Assembly (NCBI GenBank): GCA_963770565.1
Contig: CAVYQE010000008.1
Span: 1-64,000 of the forward strand
Direction: 5' to 3'
Source: an uncultured Actinomycetota bacterium
GTDB lineage: Bacteria > Actinomycetota > Actinomycetes > JAFAQI01
Length of the DNA stretch: 64,000 nucleotides
This document shows positions 51,201 through 61,663 of this stretch, in pieces. Position numbers and translations under genes: made by a program. Numbering within the stretch: the stretch's first letter is position 1; every line of letters starts with the position of its first letter. Below the pieces are notes generated by a model. It was not told the origin of the DNA. It did no database searches and was given only the letters and a program-made list of their open reading frames with translations.

Positions 51201-51893
51201 TCAGCCCTTGGTGACGCCGAAGGACTCGATCACGACCGCCTGGTTCGGGTGGCCGTCGCCGCTGCCGTTGGTGTTGTCGCTGCCCGCCCTGGCGATCCGC
51301 TGCAGCACGCTGAGGCCCGCGGTGATGTGGCCGAACGGGGTGTATTGCGGCGGCAGGCTCGTGTTGGCGTAGACGAAGAAGAACTGGCTGCCGCCGGTGT
51401 GCGGCTGACCGGTGTTGGCCATCGCGACGGTGCCGGCCGGGTACGTCGCACCCTTGAGGTTCTCGTCCGGGATCGTGTAGCCGGGCCCGCCGGCGCCGCT
51501 GCCGGTCGGGTCGCCGCACTGCAGGACGAAGATCCCTTGCGTGGTGAGCCGGTGGCACGGCGTGTCGTTGAAGTAGCCCCGACCGGCGAGGAACGCAAAC
51601 GAGTTGACCGTGTGCGGAGCCTTGCCGCCGAACAGCGACACGATGATCGTGCCGCAGTTCGTGACGACCCGGGCCGTGTACGTCGTCCGCTTGATTCTCA
51701 GTGGCGGCTCGTGGGCGAACTGCAGGTGGTTCTGCTGCAACGGCGGTGGCGTCGTACACCCGTTGGCGTCGAGGGTGCCGGGCTTCGGCGACGACGACGA
51801 GGCCGCGCCGGCACCGCTGCTGCTCGACCCGCATGCGGTCACGAGCAATGCGATCAGCGCAAGAGCGGCGGCGGCGAGATGCCGACGGGTCAT
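51201..51893 (-). CDS. Cyclophilin-type PPIase, lipoprotein
   Basis: Lipobox VTAC; CHRL, LQCGDPTG, GTVAMAN, GSQFF. Confidence 0.92.
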   Translation of the reverse strand: MTRRHLAAAALALIALLVTACGSSSSGAGAASSSSPKPGTLDANGCTTPPPLQQNHLQFAHEPPLRIKRTTYTARVVTNCGTIIVSLFGGKAPHTVNSFAFLAGRGYFNDTPCHRLTTQGIFVLQCGDPTGSGAGGPGYTIPDENLKGATYPAGTVAMANTGQPHTGGSQFFFVYANTSLPPQYTPFGHITAGLSVLQRIARAGSDNTNGSGDGHPNQAVVIESFGVTKG

Positions 51894-52564
51894 GCCTTGA
51901 CCATCGTGACGAGGAAGATCAGCGTCTCGTTGGGTTGGATCGCCCCGGAGCCGGTGGCTCCGTAGCCGAGCGCGGCCGGGATGATCAGCTCGCGGACCCC
52001 GCCGGCCTTCATGCCGACCAGGCCCTGATCCCAGCCGGGGATGACCTTGCCTGCACCGAGCGGGAAGCTGAACTCCTTGTTCTTCGCGCCATCGGTGTAG
52101 GAGGCGTCGAAGGCCTTCCCGCTGCTGCACGACACGCCGACGTACTTGACCGTGATCGTGCTGCCCTTCTTCGCCGCCTTGCCGTGACCGGCCTTGATGT
52201 CCTTGACGACCAGCTTGCTCGGCGCCTTGCCCTTGACGTCCGGCACGGTCGGGTCGCCCTTGGCCGGCGGGTTGGGCGTGATCTTCGCGCACTTGGTCGG
52301 CGCGGGCGGCGGGGTCGGGGTGGTCGTGGCCGTCGGCGTGGTGCTCGGCGTCGGGCTGGTCGACACGCCCTTCTTCTTGGGGGAGCCGCCGAAGATCACG
52401 ATTCCGAGAATGACCAGGATCACGATGACCGCGAGCGTTCCCACGCTCGCGCCGATCACCGTGTTGCGCCGCTTTGTCCGCGCGCGTCGTTCGAGCTCGG
52501 CTTGACGGCGTCGCTCGAAGCGACGTCGGGCGAGCTCGCGCTCACGCCGGCGACTGGTCGCCAC
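51890..52564 (-). CDS. Membrane-anchored FKBP-type PPIase
   Basis: Basic helix plus TM; V.Y.G...FDAS...VIPGWDQGL.GMKAGG.R.LIIP..LGYG. Confidence 0.92.
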   Translation of the reverse strand: MATSRRRERELARRRFERRRQAELERRARTKRRNTVIGASVGTLAVIVILVILGIVIFGGSPKKKGVSTSPTPSTTPTATTTPTPPPAPTKCAKITPNPPAKGDPTVPDVKGKAPSKLVVKDIKAGHGKAAKKGSTITVKYVGVSCSSGKAFDASYTDGAKNKEFSFPLGAGKVIPGWDQGLVGMKAGGVRELIIPAALGYGATGSGAIQPNETLIFLVTMVKA

Positions 52565-52655
52565 AAAGGCCTCCGGAATCGGTCGGGGAAATAACCGCGC
52601 TGAGTCTAGAAGAGCGCTCGATAGTCTGACCTGAAACCCACCTGAAAGGATCAAG

Positions 52656-53333
52656 GTGCTTGTCGTCGGGTTCCCCGCCGGGCCATGGGAGACGAACTGC
52701 TGGGTCGTCGCGCCCGCGCGCGGCGAGCAGTGCGTCGTCATCGACCCCGGCCACGGCGCTGAAGGCCCGCTCGACGACGTGCTCAGCAAGTTCGGCCTGA
52801 TGCCGGCGGCGGTGCTGCTGAGCCACGGCCACGTGGACCACATCTGGTCGGTCACGCCGGTCTGCGGCGCCAAGAACGTGCCCGCCCTGATTCACCCGGG
52901 CGACCGCGGAATGCTCACCGATCCGTTCGCCGGGCTCGGCATGCGCCCCGGTACGCCGATCCTCGGCCGGCTCGAGTGGTCGGAGCCCGACGACGTTCGA
53001 GAGCTCGCCGACGGCGAGGTCCTGTCGCTGGCCGGGCTCGACCTGCGGGTCGACTGGACCCCGGGTCACACCCCGGGCTCGGTGACCTTCAGTACCGGCA
53101 GCGAGTTCTTCTCTGGTGACCTGCTCTTCGCCGGGTCGATCGGGCGCACCGACCTGCCGGGCGGCTCATTCGAGGCGATGCTGGACTCGCTCGCCCGGGT
53201 GCCGCTCGGGCTGCCGGACGAGACCGTCGTACGTCCGGGTCACGGGCCCGACACCACGATCGGTCGCGAACGTGCGACGAACCCGTTCCTCGCCGACCTG
53301 CCCGCCGCGACGCCGGTCCGGCGGGGGCTGTGA
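52656..53333 (+). CDS. MBL-fold hydrolase (glyoxalase II-like, Rv2581c-like)
   Basis: SHGHVDH, TPGHTPG, SIGRTDLPGG, PGHG. Confidence 0.9.
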   Translation: MLVVGFPAGPWETNCWVVAPARGEQCVVIDPGHGAEGPLDDVLSKFGLMPAAVLLSHGHVDHIWSVTPVCGAKNVPALIHPGDRGMLTDPFAGLGMRPGTPILGRLEWSEPDDVRELADGEVLSLAGLDLRVDWTPGHTPGSVTFSTGSEFFSGDLLFAGSIGRTDLPGGSFEAMLDSLARVPLGLPDETVVRPGHGPDTTIGRERATNPFLADLPAATPVRRGL

Positions 53334-53339
53334 GCTGAC

Positions 53340-54674
53340 GTGGCCAAGCCCACCCCGATGTCGGGGTTCCCGGAGTGGCTGCCGGAACGCCGCTTGATCG
53401 AGCAGTACGTCGTCGACACGATCCGATCGACGTTCGAGCTGCACGGCTTCGTGCCGGTCGAGACCCGGTCGGTCGAGCCGCTCGAGCAGTTGCTGCGCAA
53501 GGGTGAGACGGACAAGGAGATCTACCTGCTCAGGCGGCTGCAGGCCGAGGCGGACGATTCCGACTCAGGGCTCGGCCTGCACTTCGACCTGACCGTGCCG
53601 TTCGCCCGCTACGTCCTGGAGAACTCCGGCAAGCTCGACTTCCCACTACGGCGCTACCAGATCCAGAAGGCGTGGCGCGGCGAGCGGCCGCAGGAGGGCC
53701 GTTATCGCGAGTTCCTGCAGGCCGACATCGACGTGATCGACCGCGACACGCTCCCGTTCCACTACGAGGTGGAGCTGCCGCTGGTCATGGCCGACGCGAT
53801 CCACCGGCTGCCGGTGCCGCCGATCCGGATCCGGGTCAACAACCGCCGGATCGCGGAGGGCTTCTACCGCGGACTCGGCATCGGCGACTTCGGCCTGGTG
53901 CTAAGGACGGTCGATAAGCTCGCCAAGGTCGGGCCGCGCCGAGTGCACACGATGCTGACCGAGGAGGCCGGCTGCTCGGCCGCGCAGGCGGACGCCTGCC
54001 TGTCCCTCGCCGGCATCACCGCGGAGGACTCCTCGTTTGCGGCTGCGGTGATCGCACTGGGGATCAGCGACCCGATGCTCGATCAGGGTCTCGAGGAGTT
54101 GACGGTCGTTATCGAGGCGGCCCGCGAGCAGGCGCCCGGCCTGATCGTCGCCGATCTGAGCATCGCCCGCGGGCTCGACTACTACACCGGCACGGTCTAC
54201 GAGACCGAGCTGGTCGGGCACGAGTCGATCGGCTCGGTCTGCTCGGGCGGGCGCTACGACGCGCTCGCGTCCGACGGTGCGGTGACCTATCCCGGGGTGG
54301 GTCTGTCCCTCGGCGTGACCCGGCTGCTCGGCCGGTTGTTCGGCCAGGACGCGCTCGCGATCAGCCGAAAGGTGCCGACCTGCGCACTCGTCGCGCTCCC
54401 GGATGACGGGTCCCGGCCCCGTTGCGAGAGCATCGCGACACAACTTCGCAGCCGCGGCATCGCCTGCCACGTGGCACCGGCTGCGGAGAAGTACGGGAAG
54501 CAGATCCGGTACGCCGAACGACGGGGGATTCCGTACGTGTGGTTTCCGCAGAACGACGGCACTGATCAGGTCCGCGACATCAGGTCGGGGGAGCAGGTCG
54601 ACGCCGATCCGGCATCCTGGGCACCGCCCGCAGCAGACCTGCGCCCGAACGTGACCAGCGGCGGGGACGGATGA
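53340..54674 (+). CDS. hisS: Histidine--tRNA ligase
   Basis: FDLTVP, RGERPQEGRYREF, ARGLDYYTG, GGRYD. Confidence 0.97.
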   Translation: MAKPTPMSGFPEWLPERRLIEQYVVDTIRSTFELHGFVPVETRSVEPLEQLLRKGETDKEIYLLRRLQAEADDSDSGLGLHFDLTVPFARYVLENSGKLDFPLRRYQIQKAWRGERPQEGRYREFLQADIDVIDRDTLPFHYEVELPLVMADAIHRLPVPPIRIRVNNRRIAEGFYRGLGIGDFGLVLRTVDKLAKVGPRRVHTMLTEEAGCSAAQADACLSLAGITAEDSSFAAAVIALGISDPMLDQGLEELTVVIEAAREQAPGLIVADLSIARGLDYYTGTVYETELVGHESIGSVCSGGRYDALASDGAVTYPGVGLSLGVTRLLGRLFGQDALAISRKVPTCALVALPDDGSRPRCESIATQLRSRGIACHVAPAAEKYGKQIRYAERRGIPYVWFPQNDGTDQVRDIRSGEQVDADPASWAPPAADLRPNVTSGGDG

Positions 54675-56413
54675 TCCGCACCCACCGGGCCGGCGCTCTG
54701 CGGGCAGCCGACGTCGGCACCGAAGTCACGCTCGCAGGCTGGGTGGCCCGTCGCCGCGACTTCGGCGGGCTGACCTTCCTCGACGTGCGTGACGCGAGCG
54801 GAATCGTGCAGGTCGTCTGCCGTGACCTCGAGGCGGTCCACGCGTTCCGGAGCGAGTGGTGCATCACGGTCGCCGGCGCGGTGGCCGCTCGTACACAGGA
54901 CACCGTCAACTCCAACCTCGACACCGGCGAGGTCGAGGTGGTCGCGACGTCGGTCGGCGTACTCAGCGAGAGCGACGCGCTGCCGTTCCCGATCGACGGC
55001 TCCGACGAGATCGACTCCGGCGTCGACGAGGTCCTGCGCTGGAAGCACCGCTACCTCGACCTGCGCCGCACCGGGCCGGCTCGAGCGATCCGCACCAGGG
55101 CCCGGGCCCTGTCGCTGATCCGTCAGGTGATGGAGAGCCACGACTTCGTCGACATCGAGACGCCCTACCTCACCAGATCCACCCCCGAGGGCGCACGCGA
55201 CTTCCTGGTGCCGGTGCGCCTGCAGCCGGGTCTCTGGTATGCGCTGCCGCAGTCGCCGCAGCTGTTCAAGCAGCTGCTGATGGTCGGCGGCTTCGAGCGC
55301 TACTACCAAATCGCCCGCTGCTTCCGTGACGAGGACTTCCGGGCCGACCGGACCGCGGAGTTCACCCAGCTCGACATCGAGATGTCCTTCCTCGACGAGG
55401 AGGACGTCTTCGCCCTGACCGAGGAGATGCTGGCGACACTCTGGCGCGAGCTGCTCGGCATCGATCTGCCGCGCCCGTTCCCCCGGATGACGTACGGCGA
55501 GGCTATGCGGCGCTACGGGTCCGACAAGCCCGACCTCCGCTTCGGTCTCGAGCTGGTCGACCTGACCGCGCAGGTGGCCGGCACGCAGTTCCGGGTCTTC
55601 CAGGCCGAGCACGTCGGCGCGGTCGTCGTACCGGGTGGGGCGGCCTACACCCGCAAGGAGCTCGACGCCTGGCAGGAGTGGGCCAAAGCCAGAGGCGGCA
55701 AGGGGATTGCCTGGTTGCTGGTCCCTGCCGAAGGGGAGCCGCGCGGCTCGATCGGCCAGCTGGAGCCGGAGCGACTGGCGGCCCTTCCGGCCGCCGCCGG
55801 CGCGGCGCCAGGGGACGCGATCCTGTTCGCGGCCGGTCCGCGCCGGTCCACGCTCGAACTGCTCGGCGCGCTGCGGCTCGCGGTCGGCCGGCAGCAGGGT
55901 CTGATCGACGACGCCGAGTGGCGCTTCCTCTGGATCGTCGAGGCGCCGATGTTCGAGCCGAGCGCCCACGGTGGCTGGACCGCGGTACATCACCCGTTCA
56001 CGGCGCCGACGGAGGCCTGGGCCGGGACCTTCCAGGACGACCCCGAGAACGCGCTCGCCCGCGCATACGACGTCGTCGGCAACGGGGTCGAGCTCGGCGG
56101 CGGCTCGATCCGGATCCACCAGGCCGAGATGCAGCAGCGGGTCTTCGACGTGATCGGGCTGACCCGGGAGGAGGCCCAGACCAAGTTCGGGTTCCTGCTC
56201 GAGGCGTTCCGGTACGGCCCGCCGCCGCACGGCGGGATCGCCTTCGGCATCGATCGGCTGGCCGGCGAGCTGGCCGGCACCGACGCGATCCGCGAGGTGA
56301 TGGCCTTCCCGAAGGCGTCGAGCGGCGGCGATCCGCTCACCGGCGCCCCGACGCCGATCACGGCCGAGCAGCGGGCTGAGGCCGGCATCGACGTCGACCC
56401 CGGCGCCGACTGA
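54671..56413 (+). CDS. aspS: Aspartate--tRNA ligase
   Basis: TPEGARDF, LPQSPQLFKQ, FRDEDFRADR, PPHGGIAFG. Confidence 0.97.
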   Translation: MIRTHRAGALRAADVGTEVTLAGWVARRRDFGGLTFLDVRDASGIVQVVCRDLEAVHAFRSEWCITVAGAVAARTQDTVNSNLDTGEVEVVATSVGVLSESDALPFPIDGSDEIDSGVDEVLRWKHRYLDLRRTGPARAIRTRARALSLIRQVMESHDFVDIETPYLTRSTPEGARDFLVPVRLQPGLWYALPQSPQLFKQLLMVGGFERYYQIARCFRDEDFRADRTAEFTQLDIEMSFLDEEDVFALTEEMLATLWRELLGIDLPRPFPRMTYGEAMRRYGSDKPDLRFGLELVDLTAQVAGTQFRVFQAEHVGAVVVPGGAAYTRKELDAWQEWAKARGGKGIAWLLVPAEGEPRGSIGQLEPERLAALPAAAGAAPGDAILFAAGPRRSTLELLGALRLAVGRQQGLIDDAEWRFLWIVEAPMFEPSAHGGWTAVHHPFTAPTEAWAGTFQDDPENALARAYDVVGNGVELGGGSIRIHQAEMQQRVFDVIGLTREEAQTKFGFLLEAFRYGPPPHGGIAFGIDRLAGELAGTDAIREVMAFPKASSGGDPLTGAPTPITAEQRAEAGIDVDPGAD

Positions 56414-56437
56414 CCGCAGCGGCATAGGCTCCGGGCT

Positions 56438-57805
56438 GTGGCCGGCGACCTGTTCTCACAGGCGGCCGAGGATCTGGCCGAGTCAACCGCGCCGCTCGCG
56501 GCCCGGATGCGGCCGCGCACGCTCGACGAGGTGGTCGGGCAGGAGCACCTGCTGACTCCTGGCGCGCCGCTGCGCCAACTGGTCGAGGGTGGCGCCAGTA
56601 CGAGCGTCCTGCTCTGGGGACCGCCGGGCAGCGGAAAGACGACGATCGCGCGCCTGCTGTCGGCGGGGCGGCTGTTCGTGGAGCTTTCCGCGGTCACCGC
56701 CGGGGTCAAGGACGTCCGGGCCGCGATCGAGGCGGCCAAGGAGCGGCTGAGCTTCCAGGGCGAGCGGACCGTGCTGTTCGTCGACGAGGTCCACCGCTTC
56801 TCGAAGTCGCAGCAGGACGCGCTGCTGCCGGGGGTCGAGGCCGGTCTGGTCACGTTCGTCGGCGCGACGACGGAGAACCCGTTCTTCTCGGTGATCTCGC
56901 CGCTGCTGTCACGCTCGCTCCTGCTCACCCTCGAGCCGCTCGACGACGAGGCGATCAGGGCGCTGATCGAGCGGGCGATGACCGACGAGCGCGGGCTCGG
57001 CGGCGATCTGACGCTGCCCGAGGCGAGCATCGCGCACCTGCTCCGCTTGTCGGCCGGGGATGCCCGGCGTGCGCTCAACGCCCTCGACGCCGCGGCCGGC
57101 GCGGCGCGCTCGCTCGGTCGGGACACGATCGACCTCGAGGTGCTGGAGCAGGCGGTCGACCGGGCCGCGGTCCGCTACGACCGCGAGGGCGACCAGCACT
57201 ACGACGTGATCAGCGCCTTCATCAAGAGCCTGCGCGGCAGCGATGTCGATGCCTCGCTGCACTACCTGGCCCGGATGCTCGAAGCGGGCGAGGACCCCCG
57301 GTTCATCGCCCGCCGCCTGATGATCTTCGCCAGCGAGGACGTCGGCCTGGCCGAACCCGGTGCGCTGGGGGTCGCGGTCGCTGCCGCCCACGCGCTCGAA
57401 CTGGTCGGCCTGCCGGAGGCCCGGCTCAACCTGGCCCAGGCGACCATCCACCTCGCGATCGCGCCGAAGAGCAACGCCGTGACCACCGCGATCGGGGCCG
57501 CGACCGCCGATGTGCGGGAGGGCCTGGCCGGCGGAGTGCCGCCGGCGCTGCGGGACGCCCACTACCCCGGGGCAAAGCGCTTACATCACGGGGACGGCTA
57601 CCGATACCCTCATGATTTCCCCGGCGGGGTCGTCGAGCAGCAGTATGTACCGGACGAGGTGCTCGGCCGGGACTACTACCGCCCCTCCGACAGGGGCGCC
57701 GAGCGGGCCGCGGCCGAGCGGCTCGCGGCACTGCGCACCACGGTGCGCGGGGCACCAACCGGCGCTGCGGACCGCGCAGCGCCACACGACGACGGGGAGC
57801 AGTAG
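56438..57805 (+). CDS. rarA: Replication-associated recombination protein A
   Basis: [29 protein letters not shown]. Confidence 0.95.
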   Translation: MAGDLFSQAAEDLAESTAPLAARMRPRTLDEVVGQEHLLTPGAPLRQLVEGGASTSVLLWGPPGSGKTTIARLLSAGRLFVELSAVTAGVKDVRAAIEAAKERLSFQGERTVLFVDEVHRFSKSQQDALLPGVEAGLVTFVGATTENPFFSVISPLLSRSLLLTLEPLDDEAIRALIERAMTDERGLGGDLTLPEASIAHLLRLSAGDARRALNALDAAAGAARSLGRDTIDLEVLEQAVDRAAVRYDREGDQHYDVISAFIKSLRGSDVDASLHYLARMLEAGEDPRFIARRLMIFASEDVGLAEPGALGVAVAAAHALELVGLPEARLNLAQATIHLAIAPKSNAVTTAIGAATADVREGLAGGVPPALRDAHYPGAKRLHHGDGYRYPHDFPGGVVEQQYVPDEVLGRDYYRPSDRGAERAAAERLAALRTTVRGAPTGAADRAAPHDDGEQ

Positions 57806-57808
57806 CAG

Positions 57809-58261
57809 ATGACGGTCCTAGCGAGCGGCGGGTTGTCGGGCGGGGAGGTCGCCGGGCTGATCGTTGCGGTGTTCTGGGGGGTGCTGGTCTGCTTCCTGGC
57901 CTACGTGCTGCTCAAGCTCGGCAAGGTCATCGGCGAGACCGCGAAGCTGGTCAATGGCGTGGCCGACCAGACCGTGCCCCTGCTCGGCGAGGTCACGACC
58001 TCGGTGGTGCAGGTCAATGCCGAGCTGACCCGGGTCGACACGATTGCATCCAACGTGGAGGACATCTCCAGCAACGCGAAGGCGATGACCTCGTTGTTCG
58101 CGGCCACCGTGGGCTCCCCGGTGATCAAGATCGCGGCCTTCTCCTACGGCGTCCGGCGGGCGATGAAGAGCAAGCAGGAGGAGGACGTCCGCAAGCGGGT
58201 GAAGGCCCAGATGAAGTCGGACCGCTCGGCCCGCAAGGCCGCGAAGAAGGCCTCGACATGA
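57809..58261 (+). CDS. DUF948-like membrane protein
   Basis: TM plus coiled coil, P.IK.AAFSYGVRRA; conserved position before alaS. Confidence 0.8.
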   Translation: MTVLASGGLSGGEVAGLIVAVFWGVLVCFLAYVLLKLGKVIGETAKLVNGVADQTVPLLGEVTTSVVQVNAELTRVDTIASNVEDISSNAKAMTSLFAATVGSPVIKIAAFSYGVRRAMKSKQEEDVRKRVKAQMKSDRSARKAAKKAST

Positions 58262-58491
58262 GACGGCTGTTCTACATCGCCTTCGGCGCCACGGTCGGGG
58301 TCATCGTCGTACGCCGGGTCAGCAACGCGGCGGCGAAGTGGACGCCGGAAGGCCTCGCCGCTCAGGCCGGTGGGCTGCAGGGCCAGCTCGGCGAGTGGTG
58401 GGCGATCGTGAGGGAGTCGGCGGCCGCGCGCGAGCGCGAGCTGCGTGAGGCCCTGGGCATCGACGACGACAGCGAGCACTCCGCGGCATGA
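58258..58491 (+). CDS. Small conserved membrane protein
   Basis: MRRLFY..G...RERELREALG; coupled to both neighbours. Confidence 0.75.
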   Translation: MRRLFYIAFGATVGVIVVRRVSNAAAKWTPEGLAAQAGGLQGQLGEWWAIVRESAAARERELREALGIDDDSEHSAA

Positions 58492-61172
58492 AGTCGGTTG
58501 AAATTGCGGAGCGCTTCCTGCGCTTCTTCGAGGCTCGCGGGCACACCATCGTGCCGTCCGCCTCGCTGGTGGTGCCCGATCCGACCCTGCTGCTGGTGAA
58601 CGCCGGCATGGTGCCGTTCAAGCCGTACTTCCTCGGCGAGGAGCAGCCGCCCTTCTCCCGCGCCGCCAGCGTGCAGAAGTGCGTACGGACCGGCGACATC
58701 GACATCGTCGGCACCAACAGCCGCAACGTCTCCTTCTTCCAGATGGCCGGCAATTTCTCCTTCGGCGACTATTTCAAGGAGGGCGCGATCCCGCTCGCCT
58801 GGGAGCTGCTCACGATGTCGCGGGACGACGGCGGCTTCGGCTTCGACCCGCAGCGGCTGTGGCCGACGGTCTACCGCGATGACGACGAGGCCTACCAGGT
58901 CTGGACCGATGTCGTCGGCGTACCGGCCGAGCGGGTCCAGCGCCGCGAGCGCGAGGACAACTACTGGTCGATGGGCGTGCCGGGCCCGTGCGGGCCGTGC
59001 TCGGAGATCTACTTCGACCGCGGGCCGGAGTACGGCCGCGACGGCGGGCCGAGCGCCGACGAGGAGCGCTTCCTCGAGGTCTGGAACCTCGTCTTCATGC
59101 AGTACGAACGCGGCGAGGGCGAGGGCTATGACTACGTCGACCACCTGATCGGCGACCTGCCGGCGCGCAACATCGACACCGGTATGGGCGTCGATCGGAT
59201 GGCCGTGGTCCTGCAGGGCGTCGACAACATCTTCGAGACCGACCTGCTGCGGCCGATGCTCGACCGGGCGGCGCAGATCAGCGGGGTCCCGTACGGCCGG
59301 GACAGCGAGTCCGACGTCCGGCTGCGGGTGGTCGCCGACCACACCCGCACCTCGACGATGCTGATCGCCGACGGCGTGGTGCCAGGCAACGAAGGCCGCG
59401 GCTACGTCCTGCGCCGGATGATCCGTCGCGCGGTCCGCACCTTGCGGCTGCTCGGAGTCGAGCAGGCCGGCATGGGCGACCTGGTCGCGCTTGCCTGCCA
59501 GGTGATGAGCCCGTCCTTCCCGGCGCTGGGGGACAACGCGAGCCGGATCGAGGCAGTGGCCGCACAGGAAGAGGAGTCGTTCCTCTCGACCTTGCGGACC
59601 GGATCGGTGCTCTTCGACCGGCTTTCGGGTGACCTGCGCCGCGAGGGCACGTCGACGGTGCCCGGCGACCAGGCGTTCCTGCTGCATGACACCTACGGTT
59701 TCCCGATCGATCTCACCCTCGAGATGGCCCGCGAGCAGGGCTTGCACGTCGACGAGGACGGTTTCCGCCGCCTGATGGACGAGCAGCGGCAGCGGGCCAA
59801 ACGCGACACCGCGGAGCGCAAGAGCGCCCAGGCCGATCTCGGGGTCTATCGCGGGCTGCTCGAGCATGGCGGGCAGACCACCTTCACCGGATACTCGGAG
59901 GTCGAGGCCGAAGGCACCCTGAAGGCGATCCTCGTCGACGGGGAGCTGACGCCCACGGCCGGTGAAGGTACCGAGGTCGAGATCGCGCTCGACCGCACCC
60001 CGTTCTACGCCGAGGCCGGCGGCCAGCTCGCCGATCACGGCCGGCTCGAGCTCGGTGACGGCTCGATCATCGAGGTGTACGACGCGCAGCGCCCGGTGGC
60101 CGACCTGATCGTGCACCGGGGCCGGATCGTCACCGGCCACGCCAACGTGGGCGACCCGGTGATCGCGACGGTCGACGTCGAGCGCCGCAAGGCGATCTCG
60201 CGCGCGCACACGGCGACCCACCTCGTGCATCAGGCGATCCGGCGGGCGCTCGGCGAGTATGCAACCCAGGCCGGGTCGATGAACGACGCCGGGCGGTTCC
60301 GGTTCGACTTCAACTCGCCGACCGCCGTACCGGACAGCGTCATCGCCGACGTCGAGGCCGAGGTCAACGACGTCCTGTTGGCCGACCTCGCGGTCCGCGC
60401 CTTCGTGACCACTCAGGACGAGGCCCGGCGGATTGGTGCGTTGGCGTTGTTCGGCGAGAAGTACGGCGAAGCCGTGCGGGTGGTCGAGGTCGGCGACTAC
60501 GCGCGTGAATTGTGTGGCGGCACGCATGCGCTCCGCTCGGCCCAGCTCGGGATGGTCAAGCTGCTCAGCGAGGCGTCGATCGGGGCCGGCAAGCGCCGGA
60601 TCGAAGGGCTGGTCGGCGCCGACGCCTACACCCATCTCGCTCGCGAGCACCTGCTGGTGAGCCAGCTCTCCGGCATCCTCAGCGCGAGTCCGGAGGAGCT
60701 GGTCGACCGGGTCAATGCCGTCCTCGGCCGGGTGCGCGAGCTGGAGAAGGAGTTCGAGCGGATGCGTGGCGCCGCGGTCCTCGCCGGCGCGGTCGAGCTG
60801 GCCGGCTCGGCCACCGATCACAACGGGGTGGCCGTGGTCGCGCACCGGCTGCCTGACGGCGCGGACGCCGACGACCTCCGCAAGCTTGCGCTCGACGTCC
60901 GCGGCCGGCTCGACTCGTCGCGCCCGGCCGTCGTCGTGACGGCCGCGATCACCGACGGCCGGCCACTGATCGCGGTGGCGGTCAACGACGCCGGCCGTGA
61001 CCGCGGGCTGCGGGCCGGCCAGCTGGTCCGCGAGGCATCCTCCGCGCTCGGCGGCGGCGGTGGCGGCCGGGACGACCTGGCACAAGGCGGCGGCACCAAC
61101 GCAGCCGCCCTCGACGGGGTGCTCACCGAGCTTCCCGCCTCGATCGGTCGCCAGGCCGTCGATGGCGCTTGA
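58488..61172 (+). CDS. alaS: Alanine--tRNA ligase
   Basis: NAGMVPFK, GPCGPCSEI, IDTGMG, ELCGGTH, GGGGGG. Confidence 0.98.
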   Translation: MKSVEIAERFLRFFEARGHTIVPSASLVVPDPTLLLVNAGMVPFKPYFLGEEQPPFSRAASVQKCVRTGDIDIVGTNSRNVSFFQMAGNFSFGDYFKEGAIPLAWELLTMSRDDGGFGFDPQRLWPTVYRDDDEAYQVWTDVVGVPAERVQRREREDNYWSMGVPGPCGPCSEIYFDRGPEYGRDGGPSADEERFLEVWNLVFMQYERGEGEGYDYVDHLIGDLPARNIDTGMGVDRMAVVLQGVDNIFETDLLRPMLDRAAQISGVPYGRDSESDVRLRVVADHTRTSTMLIADGVVPGNEGRGYVLRRMIRRAVRTLRLLGVEQAGMGDLVALACQVMSPSFPALGDNASRIEAVAAQEEESFLSTLRTGSVLFDRLSGDLRREGTSTVPGDQAFLLHDTYGFPIDLTLEMAREQGLHVDEDGFRRLMDEQRQRAKRDTAERKSAQADLGVYRGLLEHGGQTTFTGYSEVEAEGTLKAILVDGELTPTAGEGTEVEIALDRTPFYAEAGGQLADHGRLELGDGSIIEVYDAQRPVADLIVHRGRIVTGHANVGDPVIATVDVERRKAISRAHTATHLVHQAIRRALGEYATQAGSMNDAGRFRFDFNSPTAVPDSVIADVEAEVNDVLLADLAVRAFVTTQDEARRIGALALFGEKYGEAVRVVEVGDYARELCGGTHALRSAQLGMVKLLSEASIGAGKRRIEGLVGADAYTHLAREHLLVSQLSGILSASPEELVDRVNAVLGRVRELEKEFERMRGAAVLAGAVELAGSATDHNGVAVVAHRLPDGADADDLRKLALDVRGRLDSSRPAVVVTAAITDGRPLIAVAVNDAGRDRGLRAGQLVREASSALGGGGGGRDDLAQGGGTNAAALDGVLTELPASIGRQAVDGA

Positions 61173-61197
61173 GCCGTCATCGATGGTCGGCGTTGCC

Positions 61198-61653
61198 GTG
61201 AGGACCGGAGTTCGAGTCGCGGTGGACGTCGGCAGCGTGCGGGTGGGGGTCGCCGCCTCGGATCCGGCCGGCGTCCTCGCGACGCCGGTCGCAGTCCTGC
61301 GGCGGGACCGCCGCGGTGGCCGCGATCTCGACGAGCTCGCGGCGCTTGTTGCCGAGCGCGCCGCGGTCGAAGTGCTCGTCGGGCTGCCGAAGTCATTGTC
61401 GGGCCGGCAGGGCGTGGCCGCGGCCGGCGCCCGCAGTTACGCCGTGGAGCTGGCCGGCCGGGTTGCACCGGTCGAGGTGCGGCTGGTCGACGAACGGCTG
61501 ACGACCGCAGAGGCGGCCCGCGGGCTGCGGTCCGCGGGCGTGCGGTCGAAGCCGGGGCGTGCGGTGATCGACGCCGCGGCCGCGGTCGTCATCCTCCAGC
61601 ACGCGCTCGATCTCGAGCGGGCCACCGGGGCCGTCCCCGGCGAGGCGCTGTAG
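61198..61653 (+). CDS. ruvX: YqgF/RuvX family nuclease
   Basis: VDVGSVRVGVAASD, VGLP, DERLTT, ID..AA..ILQ. Confidence 0.93.
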   Translation: MRTGVRVAVDVGSVRVGVAASDPAGVLATPVAVLRRDRRGGRDLDELAALVAERAAVEVLVGLPKSLSGRQGVAAAGARSYAVELAGRVAPVEVRLVDERLTTAEAARGLRSAGVRSKPGRAVIDAAAAVVILQHALDLERATGAVPGEAL

Positions 61654-61663
61654 TGAGCGGTCG

